A DNA stretch of 56,116 nucleotides from Elusimicrobiota bacterium (lineage in GTDB: Bacteria > Elusimicrobiota > Elusimicrobia > Elusimicrobiales > UBA9959). The notes under the pieces are model-generated. The model saw only the letters and a program-made list of their open reading frames with translations. It ran no database searches and had not been told where the DNA came from. Positions 1 through 8,184 of the stretch are shown here, piece by piece; the stretch's first letter is position 1, and each line of letters begins with the position of its first letter. Location: the NCBI GenBank assembly GCA_027340875.1, contig DAIENX010000076.1:1-56116 (forward strand), in the 5' to 3' direction. Both the position numbers and the translations under genes were made by a program.

Positions 1-2
1 AG

Positions 3-146
3 ACCTGGCAGTACCTGGGCGCGGCCTATTACGCTTTGCAGAGGGTGGACGACGCGGTGGCGGCCTACGAGAAGTACGCCGCCCTGTCAGGGGACCCGGC
101 GGCTACGGAGTGGCTGGCCGGCTTCAAAGCCAGCGTCGGACGGTAA
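3..146 (+). CDS. C-terminal fragment of a TPR-containing protein (truncated by window start)
   Basis: Manual translation TWQYLGAAYYALQRVDDAVAAYEKYAALSGD...GR* fits the TPR pattern; TAA at 144-146. Confidence 0.75.
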   Translation, partial: TWQYLGAAYYALQRVDDAVAAYEKYAALSGDPAATEWLAGFKASVGR

Positions 147-148
147 GA

Positions 149-302
149 TTTGCGCCCTGGGGATGGCTCCCTTGGGCACGGGGTCGGCCACACCGTGGCC
201 GCCCCTCCTCACACTGCGGTGTCGCTTCGCTCCACTCGGTCGGCGCGCTACGCAAGCGCCTCCCTCCGCGAAGGCCCTCGGGAGCCATCCCCCGGCCGCA
301 AA
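149..302. repeat. Structured intergenic element, copy A
   Basis: Arms GGGGATGGCTCCC/GGGAGCCATCCCC enclose core GGCC-ACACCGT-GGCC...GCGCTACGCAAGCG shared with copies B-D. Confidence 0.8.
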
Positions 303-340
303 AGGGGACAAGTTTATAATGAGGGACAGATATATAGCTT

Positions 341-542
341 GGTTCTTCCGGTAATCGCGTGGGTGGCCGCCTAAGGGCGACGCGGGGACCGGGTTAGCAA
401 AACCTTCGTGAGGGCGAGGCTTGCACAGCGCCGAGCCCGAATGATGAGCGAGGCCACGGTGTGGACGAGCGCGTTTTGCGTTCCGGTCCCCGTGGCGCCC
501 GGGAGACAAACCGCGATTGCCCACGCTAAACTAGGAAGAGCC
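341..542 (+). repeat. Structured intergenic element, copy B (inverted relative to A; possible ncRNA)
   Basis: Nested stems 341-349/534-542, 350-359/512-521, 375-392/483-500 with G-U pairs on + strand; reverse complement contains CCACACCGTGG..CTCATCATTC..GCGCTGTGCAAGC; TATAAT at 315-320. Confidence 0.7.
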
Positions 543-602
543 GTTTTAAGTTGTTAATAAGTCTGTAACCAAAGCGAAACGGGGTTTTTTTAGAATATTT
601 GC

Positions 603-3062
603 GTGATACCAGCTTTAGGCGCGATGTTCAATATGGACGACAAGGACAACAAACTGCCGAAGCCGCCTGGCATGCCGCCGCTCCCCCCGGGAGCGATGAA
701 GCCCGGCCTGCCGCCGCCTCCCGGAGGAAAGCCCGGCCTGCCTTCCATGCCGTCCCTGCCCTCTTTCCCCGGAGCCGCGCCAGCCGCCTTCCAGCCCATG
801 GCCCCCGGCGGCTTCGCCGCGCAGCCCGCGCCGCAGCAGGCCGCCGCCCCGCAGAAGGACGACGCCGAGGCGCGCCGCCTGCAGGAGGAGAAGGACAGGC
901 TGGAGAAGAAGATCAACGACATGGAGAAGCTCCTCTCGCAGGAGAAGGAGAAGGCCCTGCTCGCCACGCTGAAGAACCAGCAGGACGAGGCCCTTTCCTC
1001 CCGCGTGGAGTCCTCGCTGAAGGACATCCAGGAGAAGATGCGCCGCGACCGCCGCGACCACGAGGTCGAGGAGGAGCGCCTCACCCTCAAGAGCAAGATC
1101 AAGGAGCTGGAGACCCGCCTCGCGCAGGAGCGCGAGACCTGGATGACCACGCTCAAGAACCAGATGGCCGAGCGCGAGGTCCAGGGCAAGGACGTAGAGA
1201 GCCATTTCATCTACCGCCTGCAGGAGATGGAGCGCCGCTGGCTGGACGAGAAGGCCCAGTGGCAGAAGGAGATCATCTCCCGCGAAGAGACGATACGCTC
1301 GCTCAAGTCCGCGGCCGAGAAGCTGCGCGACCTGGAGGACGAGTACCGCAAGGTGTCCATGGAGCGTTCCATGGAGAAGACCATGTCGGAGCGCGAGCTG
1401 GCCAAGCTGCGCGACGAGGCGGCCCGCGCCGACCGCGAGAAGGCGTCCATAGAATCCTATATCAAGATGATCCCCGAGAAGGAACGGGAGATCGCCGAGG
1501 TGAAGTCCGAGAACGCCTCGCTGAAGGCCCGCGAGGAGACCGCCCGCATGGAGGCCAGGCACTCCTCCGAGAAGCATTCCGCCGAGATCGAGAAGCTGCA
1601 GGGCGAGATAGGGCGCCTGCAGGCCGACCTCGGCTCCATAGCCGACCGCAAGAATTCCGAGATGAACGACGCCCTGCGCAAGGAGGCCGAGCGCTTCGAG
1701 GCCCAGCTGCAGGAGAAGGAAAAGATCATTGCCGACGTGTCCGGCGAGAAGGTCCGCGCGATATCGGAGCTGATGAAGCTTAAGGGCTTCGTCTCCCGCG
1801 TGCAGGCCATCAACGCCGTGCTCGAGAAGGAGCGCGGCCAGCTGAAGATGGAGAAGATGCAGCTCGCCCAGACCATGGCCGGCCAGGTGGAGGAGATGCG
1901 CAAGCTCAAGGCCGAGCTTGACGGCATCAAGGCCGCCCACCAGCAGGAGCTCGACTCGCAGGCCGCGGCCGCGAAGTCCGAGATAAACAGGATCAAGAAC
2001 GGCTACGCCGTCGAGATGGGCGCCAAGCATTCCGAAGAGATGGCCGAGGCCGCCCGACTGCACCAGGAGGAGCAGGCCCGCCTGTCCGCCGTGCACCAGC
2101 AGGAGCTGGCGCAGGCGGCCGCGGCCCACCAGGCCGAGGTGTCCCGCCTGGAAGCCGCCCGCCGCGAGGAGGCCGCCAGGGCAGCCGCGGCCCATCAGGC
2201 CGCCGTGGCCAAGATCTCCGGCGAGCACCAGGGCGAGCTCGCGCGCCTGGCCGCCGAGCGCCAGGCCGAGTTCGATTCGCGGGTGTCCCAGCTCAGGATG
2301 CAGTACGAGTCCGCGCTGGAAGAGGAGAAGTCCGCGGTCAGGAAGCAGCTGGAGGCCTCGCACGCCTCCGAGCTGCACGAGGCCCGCGCCTCCGCCTCCT
2401 CCTCCGCCGACGCGATCGTCCGCCTGGAGGCAGAGAATCGCCGCCTGGCCGCCGAAGCCGCGGTCTTCGAGAAGACCATGTCGGCCCGCAGCAAGGATTT
2501 CGAGGAGCGCCTCGCCCGCGCCGAAGCCGAGGCCAAGCGCCGCGACGAGCAGGCCGAGAAGGCCGAGGCCCGCCGCGCCGAGGCAGTGGTAAGGGAAGAG
2601 AACGCCCAGCGGACCGCCCGCGAGGCCGAGGAGGAGCGCCAGAAGACCTCCGCCGAGCTGGCCGCGCTGCGCGAGAAATTTTCCACCATGGAGGCGAGGC
2701 TGGCCGAGCTTTCCGCCTCCGCCTCCTCCGGGGCCGCCAAGGCCGCCGAGGACCTCAAGGCCCAGGCCGAGAGCCTGCGCATAGAGAGCGAGAACCGCGC
2801 CCGTTTCGAGTCCGAGGTGCTTTTCCTCAAGCAGAAGGTCCAGCAGATGGAGCTCGCGGCCCAGGAGGCCGCCGTCCAGCTGGAGAACGAGAGCTCCAAC
2901 GCCGCCGCCATACAGGCCGCGGCCGACGCCCAGGCGGCCGACCTCTCCGCCCGCATGGAAGAGCTTTCCGCCGAGGTGCGGCGCTACAAGGACATGGAGG
3001 CCTCCGTGGCTTCCAGGCTTAAGTGGGCGCTGAAGGGCAAGAAAGAGGAGAAGCCTCAGTAA
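603..3062 (+). CDS. Long coiled-coil protein with proline-rich (PPG) N-terminus
   Basis: 819-aa ORF; N-terminal KPPGMPPLPPGAMKPGLPPPPGG, then ~700 aa E/K/A/R-rich heptad-like sequence; start could be 603, 624 or 633. Confidence 0.85.
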   Translation: MIPALGAMFNMDDKDNKLPKPPGMPPLPPGAMKPGLPPPPGGKPGLPSMPSLPSFPGAAPAAFQPMAPGGFAAQPAPQQAAAPQKDDAEARRLQEEKDRLEKKINDMEKLLSQEKEKALLATLKNQQDEALSSRVESSLKDIQEKMRRDRRDHEVEEERLTLKSKIKELETRLAQERETWMTTLKNQMAEREVQGKDVESHFIYRLQEMERRWLDEKAQWQKEIISREETIRSLKSAAEKLRDLEDEYRKVSMERSMEKTMSERELAKLRDEAARADREKASIESYIKMIPEKEREIAEVKSENASLKAREETARMEARHSSEKHSAEIEKLQGEIGRLQADLGSIADRKNSEMNDALRKEAERFEAQLQEKEKIIADVSGEKVRAISELMKLKGFVSRVQAINAVLEKERGQLKMEKMQLAQTMAGQVEEMRKLKAELDGIKAAHQQELDSQAAAAKSEINRIKNGYAVEMGAKHSEEMAEAARLHQEEQARLSAVHQQELAQAAAAHQAEVSRLEAARREEAARAAAAHQAAVAKISGEHQGELARLAAERQAEFDSRVSQLRMQYESALEEEKSAVRKQLEASHASELHEARASASSSADAIVRLEAENRRLAAEAAVFEKTMSARSKDFEERLARAEAEAKRRDEQAEKAEARRAEAVVREENAQRTAREAEEERQKTSAELAALREKFSTMEARLAELSASASSGAAKAAEDLKAQAESLRIESENRARFESEVLFLKQKVQQMELAAQEAAVQLENESSNAAAIQAAADAQAADLSARMEELSAEVRRYKDMEASVASRLKWALKGKKEEKPQ

Positions 3063-3110
3063 TACCCCGCGGGGCGGCGGCAGGGCGGGGGAACGCGCGT
3101 TTCCGCCGCC

Positions 3111-3138
3111 TTGTCCCGTATTTCAATTAAAGTATAAT
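3111..3138 (+). promoter_or_regulatory. sigma70-like promoter of flbD-motAB operon
   Basis: TTGTCC (3111-3116), 16 nt, TATAAT (3133-3138); ATG 7 nt downstream. Confidence 0.55.
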
Positions 3139-3145
3139 TACTACG

Positions 3146-3370
3146 ATGATCAAGCTGCAGAAACTCAACGGCGCCACGGTGGTGGTCAACGCCGAGCTCA
3201 TAGAGAGCGTGGAATCCGCCCCGGACACCGTGATCAACCTGGCCACCGGCAACCGGTTCCTGGTGAAGAACCCAGTCGACGAGGTGATAGCGCTGGTCGT
3301 GGAGTACAAGAAGAAGGTCTATTCCGAGCGGAAATGCGTCAACCCGCTCGAAGGCTACGAGAAGAAATAA
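3146..3370 (+). CDS. flbD: FlbD/SwrD family protein
   Basis: MIKLQKLNG...VNAELIESVESAPDTVINLATGNRFLVKNPVDEV matches the FlbD pattern; directly upstream of motA. Confidence 0.85.
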   Translation: MIKLQKLNGATVVVNAELIESVESAPDTVINLATGNRFLVKNPVDEVIALVVEYKKKVYSERKCVNPLEGYEKK

Positions 3371-3385
3371 GGGACTCATCGGCTT

Positions 3386-4171
3386 ATGGACATAGCAACG
3401 CTGACCGGCATAGTGGTCTTTTTCGGCTTCGTCGTGGTCTCGGTCTACCTGGGCGAGGGCATGGCGGGCTTCAAGCCGTTCCTGAACGTGGAGGCCTTCC
3501 TGATCGTCATGGGCGGCACTTTCTGCGCGCTGCTGGTCAACTTCCCGCTCTCCTCGGTGATAAGCGTCGGCAAGGTCCTCAAGAAGGTCATGGCTTCCAA
3601 GGGCGAGGACACCTCCAAGCTGGTCTCCACCTTCGTCTCCCTCTCGCAGAAGGCCAAGCGCGAGGGCTTCCTGGCGCTGGAGGCCGACGCCAAGGCCATC
3701 GACAACGATTTCCTGAAGCGCGGCGTGCAGCTGGTGATCGACGGCGCCGACCACGAGTTCATCCGGAACATGCTCGAGACCGAGCTGGACTTCATCCGCG
3801 AGCGCCACAAGGCGGGCCGCGAGATCTTCAACGCGCTGGGCACCTACGCCCCGGCGTTCGGCATCATCGGCACCGTGCTCGGCATGATCCTGATGCTCTC
3901 CTCCATCGACGACGTGGCCCAGGTGCCGCGCCGCATGGCCCTGGCGCTGGCGGCCGCGTTCTTCGGCCTGGGCTCGGGCTACTGGCTTTTCCTGCCTATG
4001 GCCGGCAAGCTCAAGCACCGTTCCGAGGAGGAGCTGTTCGTAAAGGAGATCATCATCCGCGGGGTGCTGCTGCTGCAGAGCGGCGCTACGCCCAGCGTGG
4101 TGGAGGCCAACCTGAAGGCCTACCTTGAGCCCGAGAAGCGCAAGGCGGTGAAGAAGGAAGCCGCCGCTTAA
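3386..4171 (+). CDS. motA: Stator A subunit (MotA/PomA family)
   Basis: KREGFLALE, FLKRGVQLVIDG, APAFGIIGTVLG and LPMAGKL motifs; hydrophobic TM segments. Confidence 0.92.
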   Translation: MDIATLTGIVVFFGFVVVSVYLGEGMAGFKPFLNVEAFLIVMGGTFCALLVNFPLSSVISVGKVLKKVMASKGEDTSKLVSTFVSLSQKAKREGFLALEADAKAIDNDFLKRGVQLVIDGADHEFIRNMLETELDFIRERHKAGREIFNALGTYAPAFGIIGTVLGMILMLSSIDDVAQVPRRMALALAAAFFGLGSGYWLFLPMAGKLKHRSEEELFVKEIIIRGVLLLQSGATPSVVEANLKAYLEPEKRKAVKKEAAA

Positions 4172-4174
4172 CTT

Positions 4175-4951
4175 ATGGCCGTCAAAGTTAAGGGGATGAT
4201 CCCCGAGGACGATTCCAGGGTGGCCCCTATAGGCCACCCGGCCCCGCCGTGGATGGTCAACTACGCCGACCTGATGACGGAGCTGGTCTGCTTCTTCGTC
4301 ATCCTGTACGCCCTGTCCGCCGCCTTGAACAAGGACATGCAGAAGGCCCAGCAGGAAGTGCAGGACATGATAGACCAGGGCAAGATGGTGGGCCAGGTGC
4401 AGATGGACAAGGAAGGCATGCGCATCACGCTGGAGGAGCAGAGCCAGGTGGCCTTCTTCCAGAGCGGCAGCGCCGAGCTGACCCCGCAGATGACCGAGCA
4501 GATGGCCAAGCTGAGCCCTATACTCTTCAAGCTGGCCGAGAAGCACGATATCGTGGTGGAAGGCCACACCGACAACATCCCGATCAGGACCAAACAGTAC
4601 GATTCCAACTGGGAGTTGTCCACGGCCCGCGCCACCAGCGTGGTGAAATCCCTGCTCGCCGATAATTTCCCGCCCAAGCACCTGGCGGCCGTGGGGTACG
4701 GTGAATACCACCCCATAGTGCCCAACGACACGGAAGCCGACCGCAAGAAGAACCGCAGGGTGGTCTTCTTCATCAAGAACAACCCCTACCCCGACCCCAC
4801 CGGTCCCCCGGGAGAGAAGGGCAAGGCCGCCCCCGCCGCCGCGGAGAAGGCGCCGCCTCCGCCGGAGGGCGGAGCGCCGGCCGCGCCGGAGGCGCAGGCC
4901 CCGGAGACGCCCGCCCCCGCCGGAGACGCCCCGGCCGAGCCCGGCCCCTGA
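4175..4951 (+). CDS. motB: Stator B subunit (MotB) with OmpA-like peptidoglycan-binding domain
   Basis: WMVNYADLMT TM helix with conserved Asp; EGHTD, NWELSTARA, NRRV motifs; Pro/Ala-rich tail. Confidence 0.92.
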   Translation: MAVKVKGMIPEDDSRVAPIGHPAPPWMVNYADLMTELVCFFVILYALSAALNKDMQKAQQEVQDMIDQGKMVGQVQMDKEGMRITLEEQSQVAFFQSGSAELTPQMTEQMAKLSPILFKLAEKHDIVVEGHTDNIPIRTKQYDSNWELSTARATSVVKSLLADNFPPKHLAAVGYGEYHPIVPNDTEADRKKNRRVVFFIKNNPYPDPTGPPGEKGKAAPAAAEKAPPPPEGGAPAAPEAQAPETPAPAGDAPAEPGP

Positions 4952-4966
4952 GCAGGAAAGTCTTAT

Positions 4967-5731
4967 ATGAACAGACACGCTATCAAGATACTCGCGCTCG
5001 CTCTGCTGGCGGCCCCCCTGACGGGCTGCATGGGCGGCCTCAAGCGGCTCAACGTGGTGGATTTCTCGGACCAGCGCGTAGGCGACCTGTCGCTCACCAA
5101 GAAGGTCACCGGCAAGCGAGAGTTCCTGTTCTTCTCCACCACGAAGATGGGGCTGTTCCTGGAGGGCAACATACAGGGCGTGGTGACGGATTACCAGGGC
5201 AATCCCATCGAAGGCGTGACCGTGAAGGTCATGCCCGACACCGGCAACAAGGCCGGCGGCGAGGGCGGAGGCGTGGGCGGGGAGCTGCCGCTGGAAGAGA
5301 ACGCGAATTCGGCTATAAACCTTTCCTTCGCGCCCGGCATCAGCGACACTATGGGCCTGTACAAGATACATTTCTCGCTCCCGGTGAAGGACAACGAGGT
5401 GGACGTGCGCGGAAAGCTCGTCTACAATCCCGGCTGGGACCAGCAGAAGCTGAACCTGGGCAAGGCCTACGAGCCGCAGGTCAAGGAGACGCCTTTCCGG
5501 ATCTACTACAACATGGACACCGGGTTCCTCGCTTTTCCCGAGGGGATACGCAAGATCATAGTGCAGCCGGTGGGAGAGGGCAAGGGCAGGCTGCAGGCCC
5601 TGCCGGGCTCGCCCGCCCCGCAGCCGGCGGCTCCCGCCGCCGGCGCCGGTACCGCCGCCCCCGCGGGAGCGCCGGCCGGCGGAGGCCAGGCCGAGGAGGA
5701 CCTCTTCAAGGGGTTCGATTTCGGCCAGTAA
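4967..5731 (+). CDS. Lipoprotein with carboxypeptidase-regulatory-like beta-sandwich domain
   Basis: Lipobox LTGC; IQGVVTDYQGNPIEGVTVKV motif; 15 nt after motB. Confidence 0.75.
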   Translation: MNRHAIKILALALLAAPLTGCMGGLKRLNVVDFSDQRVGDLSLTKKVTGKREFLFFSTTKMGLFLEGNIQGVVTDYQGNPIEGVTVKVMPDTGNKAGGEGGGVGGELPLEENANSAINLSFAPGISDTMGLYKIHFSLPVKDNEVDVRGKLVYNPGWDQQKLNLGKAYEPQVKETPFRIYYNMDTGFLAFPEGIRKIIVQPVGEGKGRLQALPGSPAPQPAAPAAGAGTAAPAGAPAGGGQAEEDLFKGFDFGQ

Positions 5732-5749
5732 CGGCCGCTCAGGGCGGGG

Positions 5750-5779
5750 AAAAGAGGGACCTCCGGGTCCCTCTTTTTT
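5750..5779 (+). terminator. Intrinsic terminator of motAB operon
   Basis: AAAAGAGGGACC-TCCG-GGTCCCTCTTTTTT. Confidence 0.8.
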
Positions 5780-5910
5780 GCGGCTGGCCGGGGATAGCTC
5801 CGTCGGGCACGCGGTCGCGAACACCGTTCGCGCCGCTCGTCACTCCCTCGCCGCGCTACGCAAGCGGCTTCGGTCCGCGACGGCCCTCCGGACCCATCCT
5901 CGGCCGCCGC
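5780..5910. repeat. Structured intergenic element, copy C
   Basis: Arms GGCCGGGGAT/ATCCTCGGCC; core GCGG-TC-GCGA-ACACCGT-TCGC-G-CCGC-TCGTCAC...GCGCTACGCAAGCG. Confidence 0.8.
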
Positions 5911-5968
5911 TGTCCAGATTAACGTCCCTCTTTTCCTTCGGCTTCGCTAAATAGATAGAATAATGTGG

Positions 5969-7039
5969 ATGAAGAAGAAGGTCGTAGTGGCGATGTCCGG
6001 CGGCGTGGACTCGTCGGTGGCCGCGGCGCTGCTCAAGGAGCAGGGCTACGAGGTCATCGGCGTCACGCTGCGCCTCTTCTCGGAGCGCAAGGGCGGCATC
6101 AAGTGCTGCGGCGGCGCGGAGAGCGCCGACAAGGCCCGCGCCTCGGCCCAGGCGCTGGGCATCAGGCATTACTTCAAGAGCGCGCAGGGCCTGTTCTCGG
6201 AGAAGGTCATAGGCGATTTCGTCGGCTCCTACCTGGCCGGCCGCACGCCCAACCCCTGCGTGGAGTGCAACCGCTATCTCAAGTTCGACTACCTCTACAA
6301 GCTGGCGCTGTCGCTGGGCGCGGGCTACCTGGCCACCGGGCATTACGCCCGCATCGCAAAGGAGGGCGACCGCTACGCCCTTTGCCGCGGCACCGACCCG
6401 CTGAAGGACCAGAGCTATTTCCTCTACTGCCTGCGCAGAGCGCAGCTGCCGCGCCTGCTCTTCCCGCTGGGCGACATGACCAAGAGCGAGGTCAGGAAGG
6501 CCGCGGCCAAGCTGTCCCTGCCGTCCGCCTCCGAGCCGGAATCCAAGGATATCTGCTTCGTCACTCAGGGGAATTACGGGACCTACCTGGGCAAAGAGGC
6601 CGGCGTGAAGCCGCGCCCCGGCTACATAGTGGACGTGTCCGGCAAGCGGCTGGGGCGGCACAACGGCTTCTTCAATTTCACGGTGGGCCAGCGCCGCGGC
6701 ACCGGCGTATACGGCGGTGCCCGCCTTTACGTGACCGAGGTGCGGCCGGGAACTAACGAGGTGGTAATGGGCCCGCTTTCTGCGGCCCACAGCGCCGCCT
6801 TTACGGTGACAGGCCTGAACTGGCTTAAGGCGCCGGAGAGCGGCGAGTTCAGGACCAGCGTGCAGATACGCTACAGGCATAAGCCTGCCGCGTGCCGCGT
6901 TCTGATCGGCAGGGGGGGCGCGCAGGTAAGCCTGGACAAGCCGCAGTTCGCGGTGGCCCCGGGCCAGGCTGCCGTCTTTTACGACGGGGACGAGGTGCTC
7001 GGCGGCGGCATAATTTCCGGTATAGGAGGCGCTTTATAG
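5969..7039 (+). CDS. mnmA: tRNA 2-thiouridine(34) synthase
   Basis: AMSGGVDSSV, TPNPCVECN, ATGHY, KDQSYFL, FTVGQRRG, APGQAAVFY motifs. Confidence 0.97.
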   Translation: MKKKVVVAMSGGVDSSVAAALLKEQGYEVIGVTLRLFSERKGGIKCCGGAESADKARASAQALGIRHYFKSAQGLFSEKVIGDFVGSYLAGRTPNPCVECNRYLKFDYLYKLALSLGAGYLATGHYARIAKEGDRYALCRGTDPLKDQSYFLYCLRRAQLPRLLFPLGDMTKSEVRKAAAKLSLPSASEPESKDICFVTQGNYGTYLGKEAGVKPRPGYIVDVSGKRLGRHNGFFNFTVGQRRGTGVYGGARLYVTEVRPGTNEVVMGPLSAAHSAAFTVTGLNWLKAPESGEFRTSVQIRYRHKPAACRVLIGRGGAQVSLDKPQFAVAPGQAAVFYDGDEVLGGGIISGIGGAL

Positions 7040-7055
7040 CGCGGAGGCTGACAAC

Positions 7056-8132
7056 ATGAAAAAGAAGATAGGCGTGATCTTCGGCGGCAGGTCTTCAGAG
7101 CACGAGGTCTCGGTGGAGTCCGCCAAAACCGTCTGCGCGGAACTCGCGAAAGCCGGCTTCGCGGTATTCCCGCTCTATGCGCCGCGCGGCGGGGCCTGGC
7201 GGCTGGTGAAGCCGGCGGACCTTCAGGCCGGCCGTCTCTCCGGCCCCGAAGTGGAGCCTTCTCTCTCCGGGGCCTGCTTCGTGAAGAAGGGAGGGGGAAG
7301 GCTGAAGCCTGACGCCCTGTTCCCCATAATACACGGCACTACCGGTGAGGACGGCGTGCTGCAGGGCTTCATGGAGCTGGCCGCCATCCCTTACGCCGGC
7401 TGCGGCGTCACCGCCTCCGCGGTGGGCATGGACAAGGAGATATCGAAAGCGCTGGCGGCCCTGGCGGGCGTGCCGGTGCTGCCGCACGTGGTCATCAGGG
7501 CGCATCAGAAGGCCGCTATGGGGCCGCTGCTGAAGAAGGCCGCCTCGCTCGGCTATCCGCTTTTCGTCAAGCCCGTCTCGCTGGGCTCTTCGGTGGGGGT
7601 TTCAAAAGTGAAGTCCCTGGCCGAGCTGAAACCGGCCGTTCTCAAGGCCTTCCGTTTCGATTCCGCCGTGATGATAGAGAAGGGCGTGGACCGTGCCAGG
7701 GAGATAGTCTGCGGCGTGCTGGGCGACCAGGCCAAAGCCGCCGCCAGCGTTACCGGCGAGGTGGTCCCGAAAGGCAAACACGAGTTCTTCGACTACGAGG
7801 CAAAGTACCTCGACGACTCCGGCATGGAGTTCCTGCTGCCGGCGCCGCTGCCGGCCGCCGTGTCGCGCCGCCTGCGGGACCTGGCCGTGAAGGCTTTCCA
7901 CGCGCTCGGCTGCACCGGCATGGCAAGGGTGGATTTCCTGGTGGACCCCAGGCGGCCGGAGAGGGCGTGGTTCTGCGAGATCAACACGCTGCCGGGCTTT
8001 ACCTCGCACAGCCTGTACCCGCGCCTCTGGGCCAGGACGGGCGTTCCGCCGTCCAGGGTCGTGGCCAAACTGGTCGGCTACGGGCTGCGCACGGCGGCCG
8101 CCAGGCGGTCGCTCAGGATCTCCAGAAAATAA
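7056..8132 (+). CDS. ddl: D-alanine--D-alanine ligase
   Basis: GGRSSEHEVS, HGTTGEDG, GSSVG, FFDYEAKY, EINTLPG motifs. Confidence 0.96.
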   Translation: MKKKIGVIFGGRSSEHEVSVESAKTVCAELAKAGFAVFPLYAPRGGAWRLVKPADLQAGRLSGPEVEPSLSGACFVKKGGGRLKPDALFPIIHGTTGEDGVLQGFMELAAIPYAGCGVTASAVGMDKEISKALAALAGVPVLPHVVIRAHQKAAMGPLLKKAASLGYPLFVKPVSLGSSVGVSKVKSLAELKPAVLKAFRFDSAVMIEKGVDRAREIVCGVLGDQAKAAASVTGEVVPKGKHEFFDYEAKYLDDSGMEFLLPAPLPAAVSRRLRDLAVKAFHALGCTGMARVDFLVDPRRPERAWFCEINTLPGFTSHSLYPRLWARTGVPPSRVVAKLVGYGLRTAAARRSLRISRK

Positions 8133-8155
8133 CACGGCCCCGTGAGGGGGCCGTG
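8133..8155. terminator. Hairpin between convergent genes (putative terminator)
   Basis: CACGGCCCC-GTGAG-GGGGCCGTG. Confidence 0.5.
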
Positions 8156-8184
8156 CCTGGCTGCGACCGGGGCTACCGGTCCCG

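Noticed and set aside
391..482. Hammerhead, twister-sister or c-di-GMP riboswitch identity for the repeat core (TGANGAG, TGCAAG, GCAAAACC motifs)
   Set aside because: No C before UGANGA and no GAAA after the stem; GCUCA is not conserved across copies; the GEMM second hairpin is absent
341..542. 6S RNA
   Set aside because: Size and rod shape fit, but the apical part is the multi-copy repeat core found at three other loci; not supportable without a covariance search
3386..4951. MotA/MotB as Zorya ZorA/ZorB anti-phage system
   Set aside because: MotA is short with flagellar-type motifs and no long cytoplasmic tail; flbD is adjacent; no zorC/D/E
3056..5824. Long antisense or alternate-frame ORFs (e.g. 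3056-5824, 14659-16869, 18708-21851, 50397-52484)
   Set aside because: Shadow ORFs of real genes, expected from high-GC codon bias; no recognisable motifs
7056..8132. VanA-type D-Ala-D-Lac ligase
   Set aside because: Omega loop DYEAKY retains Tyr; no van cluster genes
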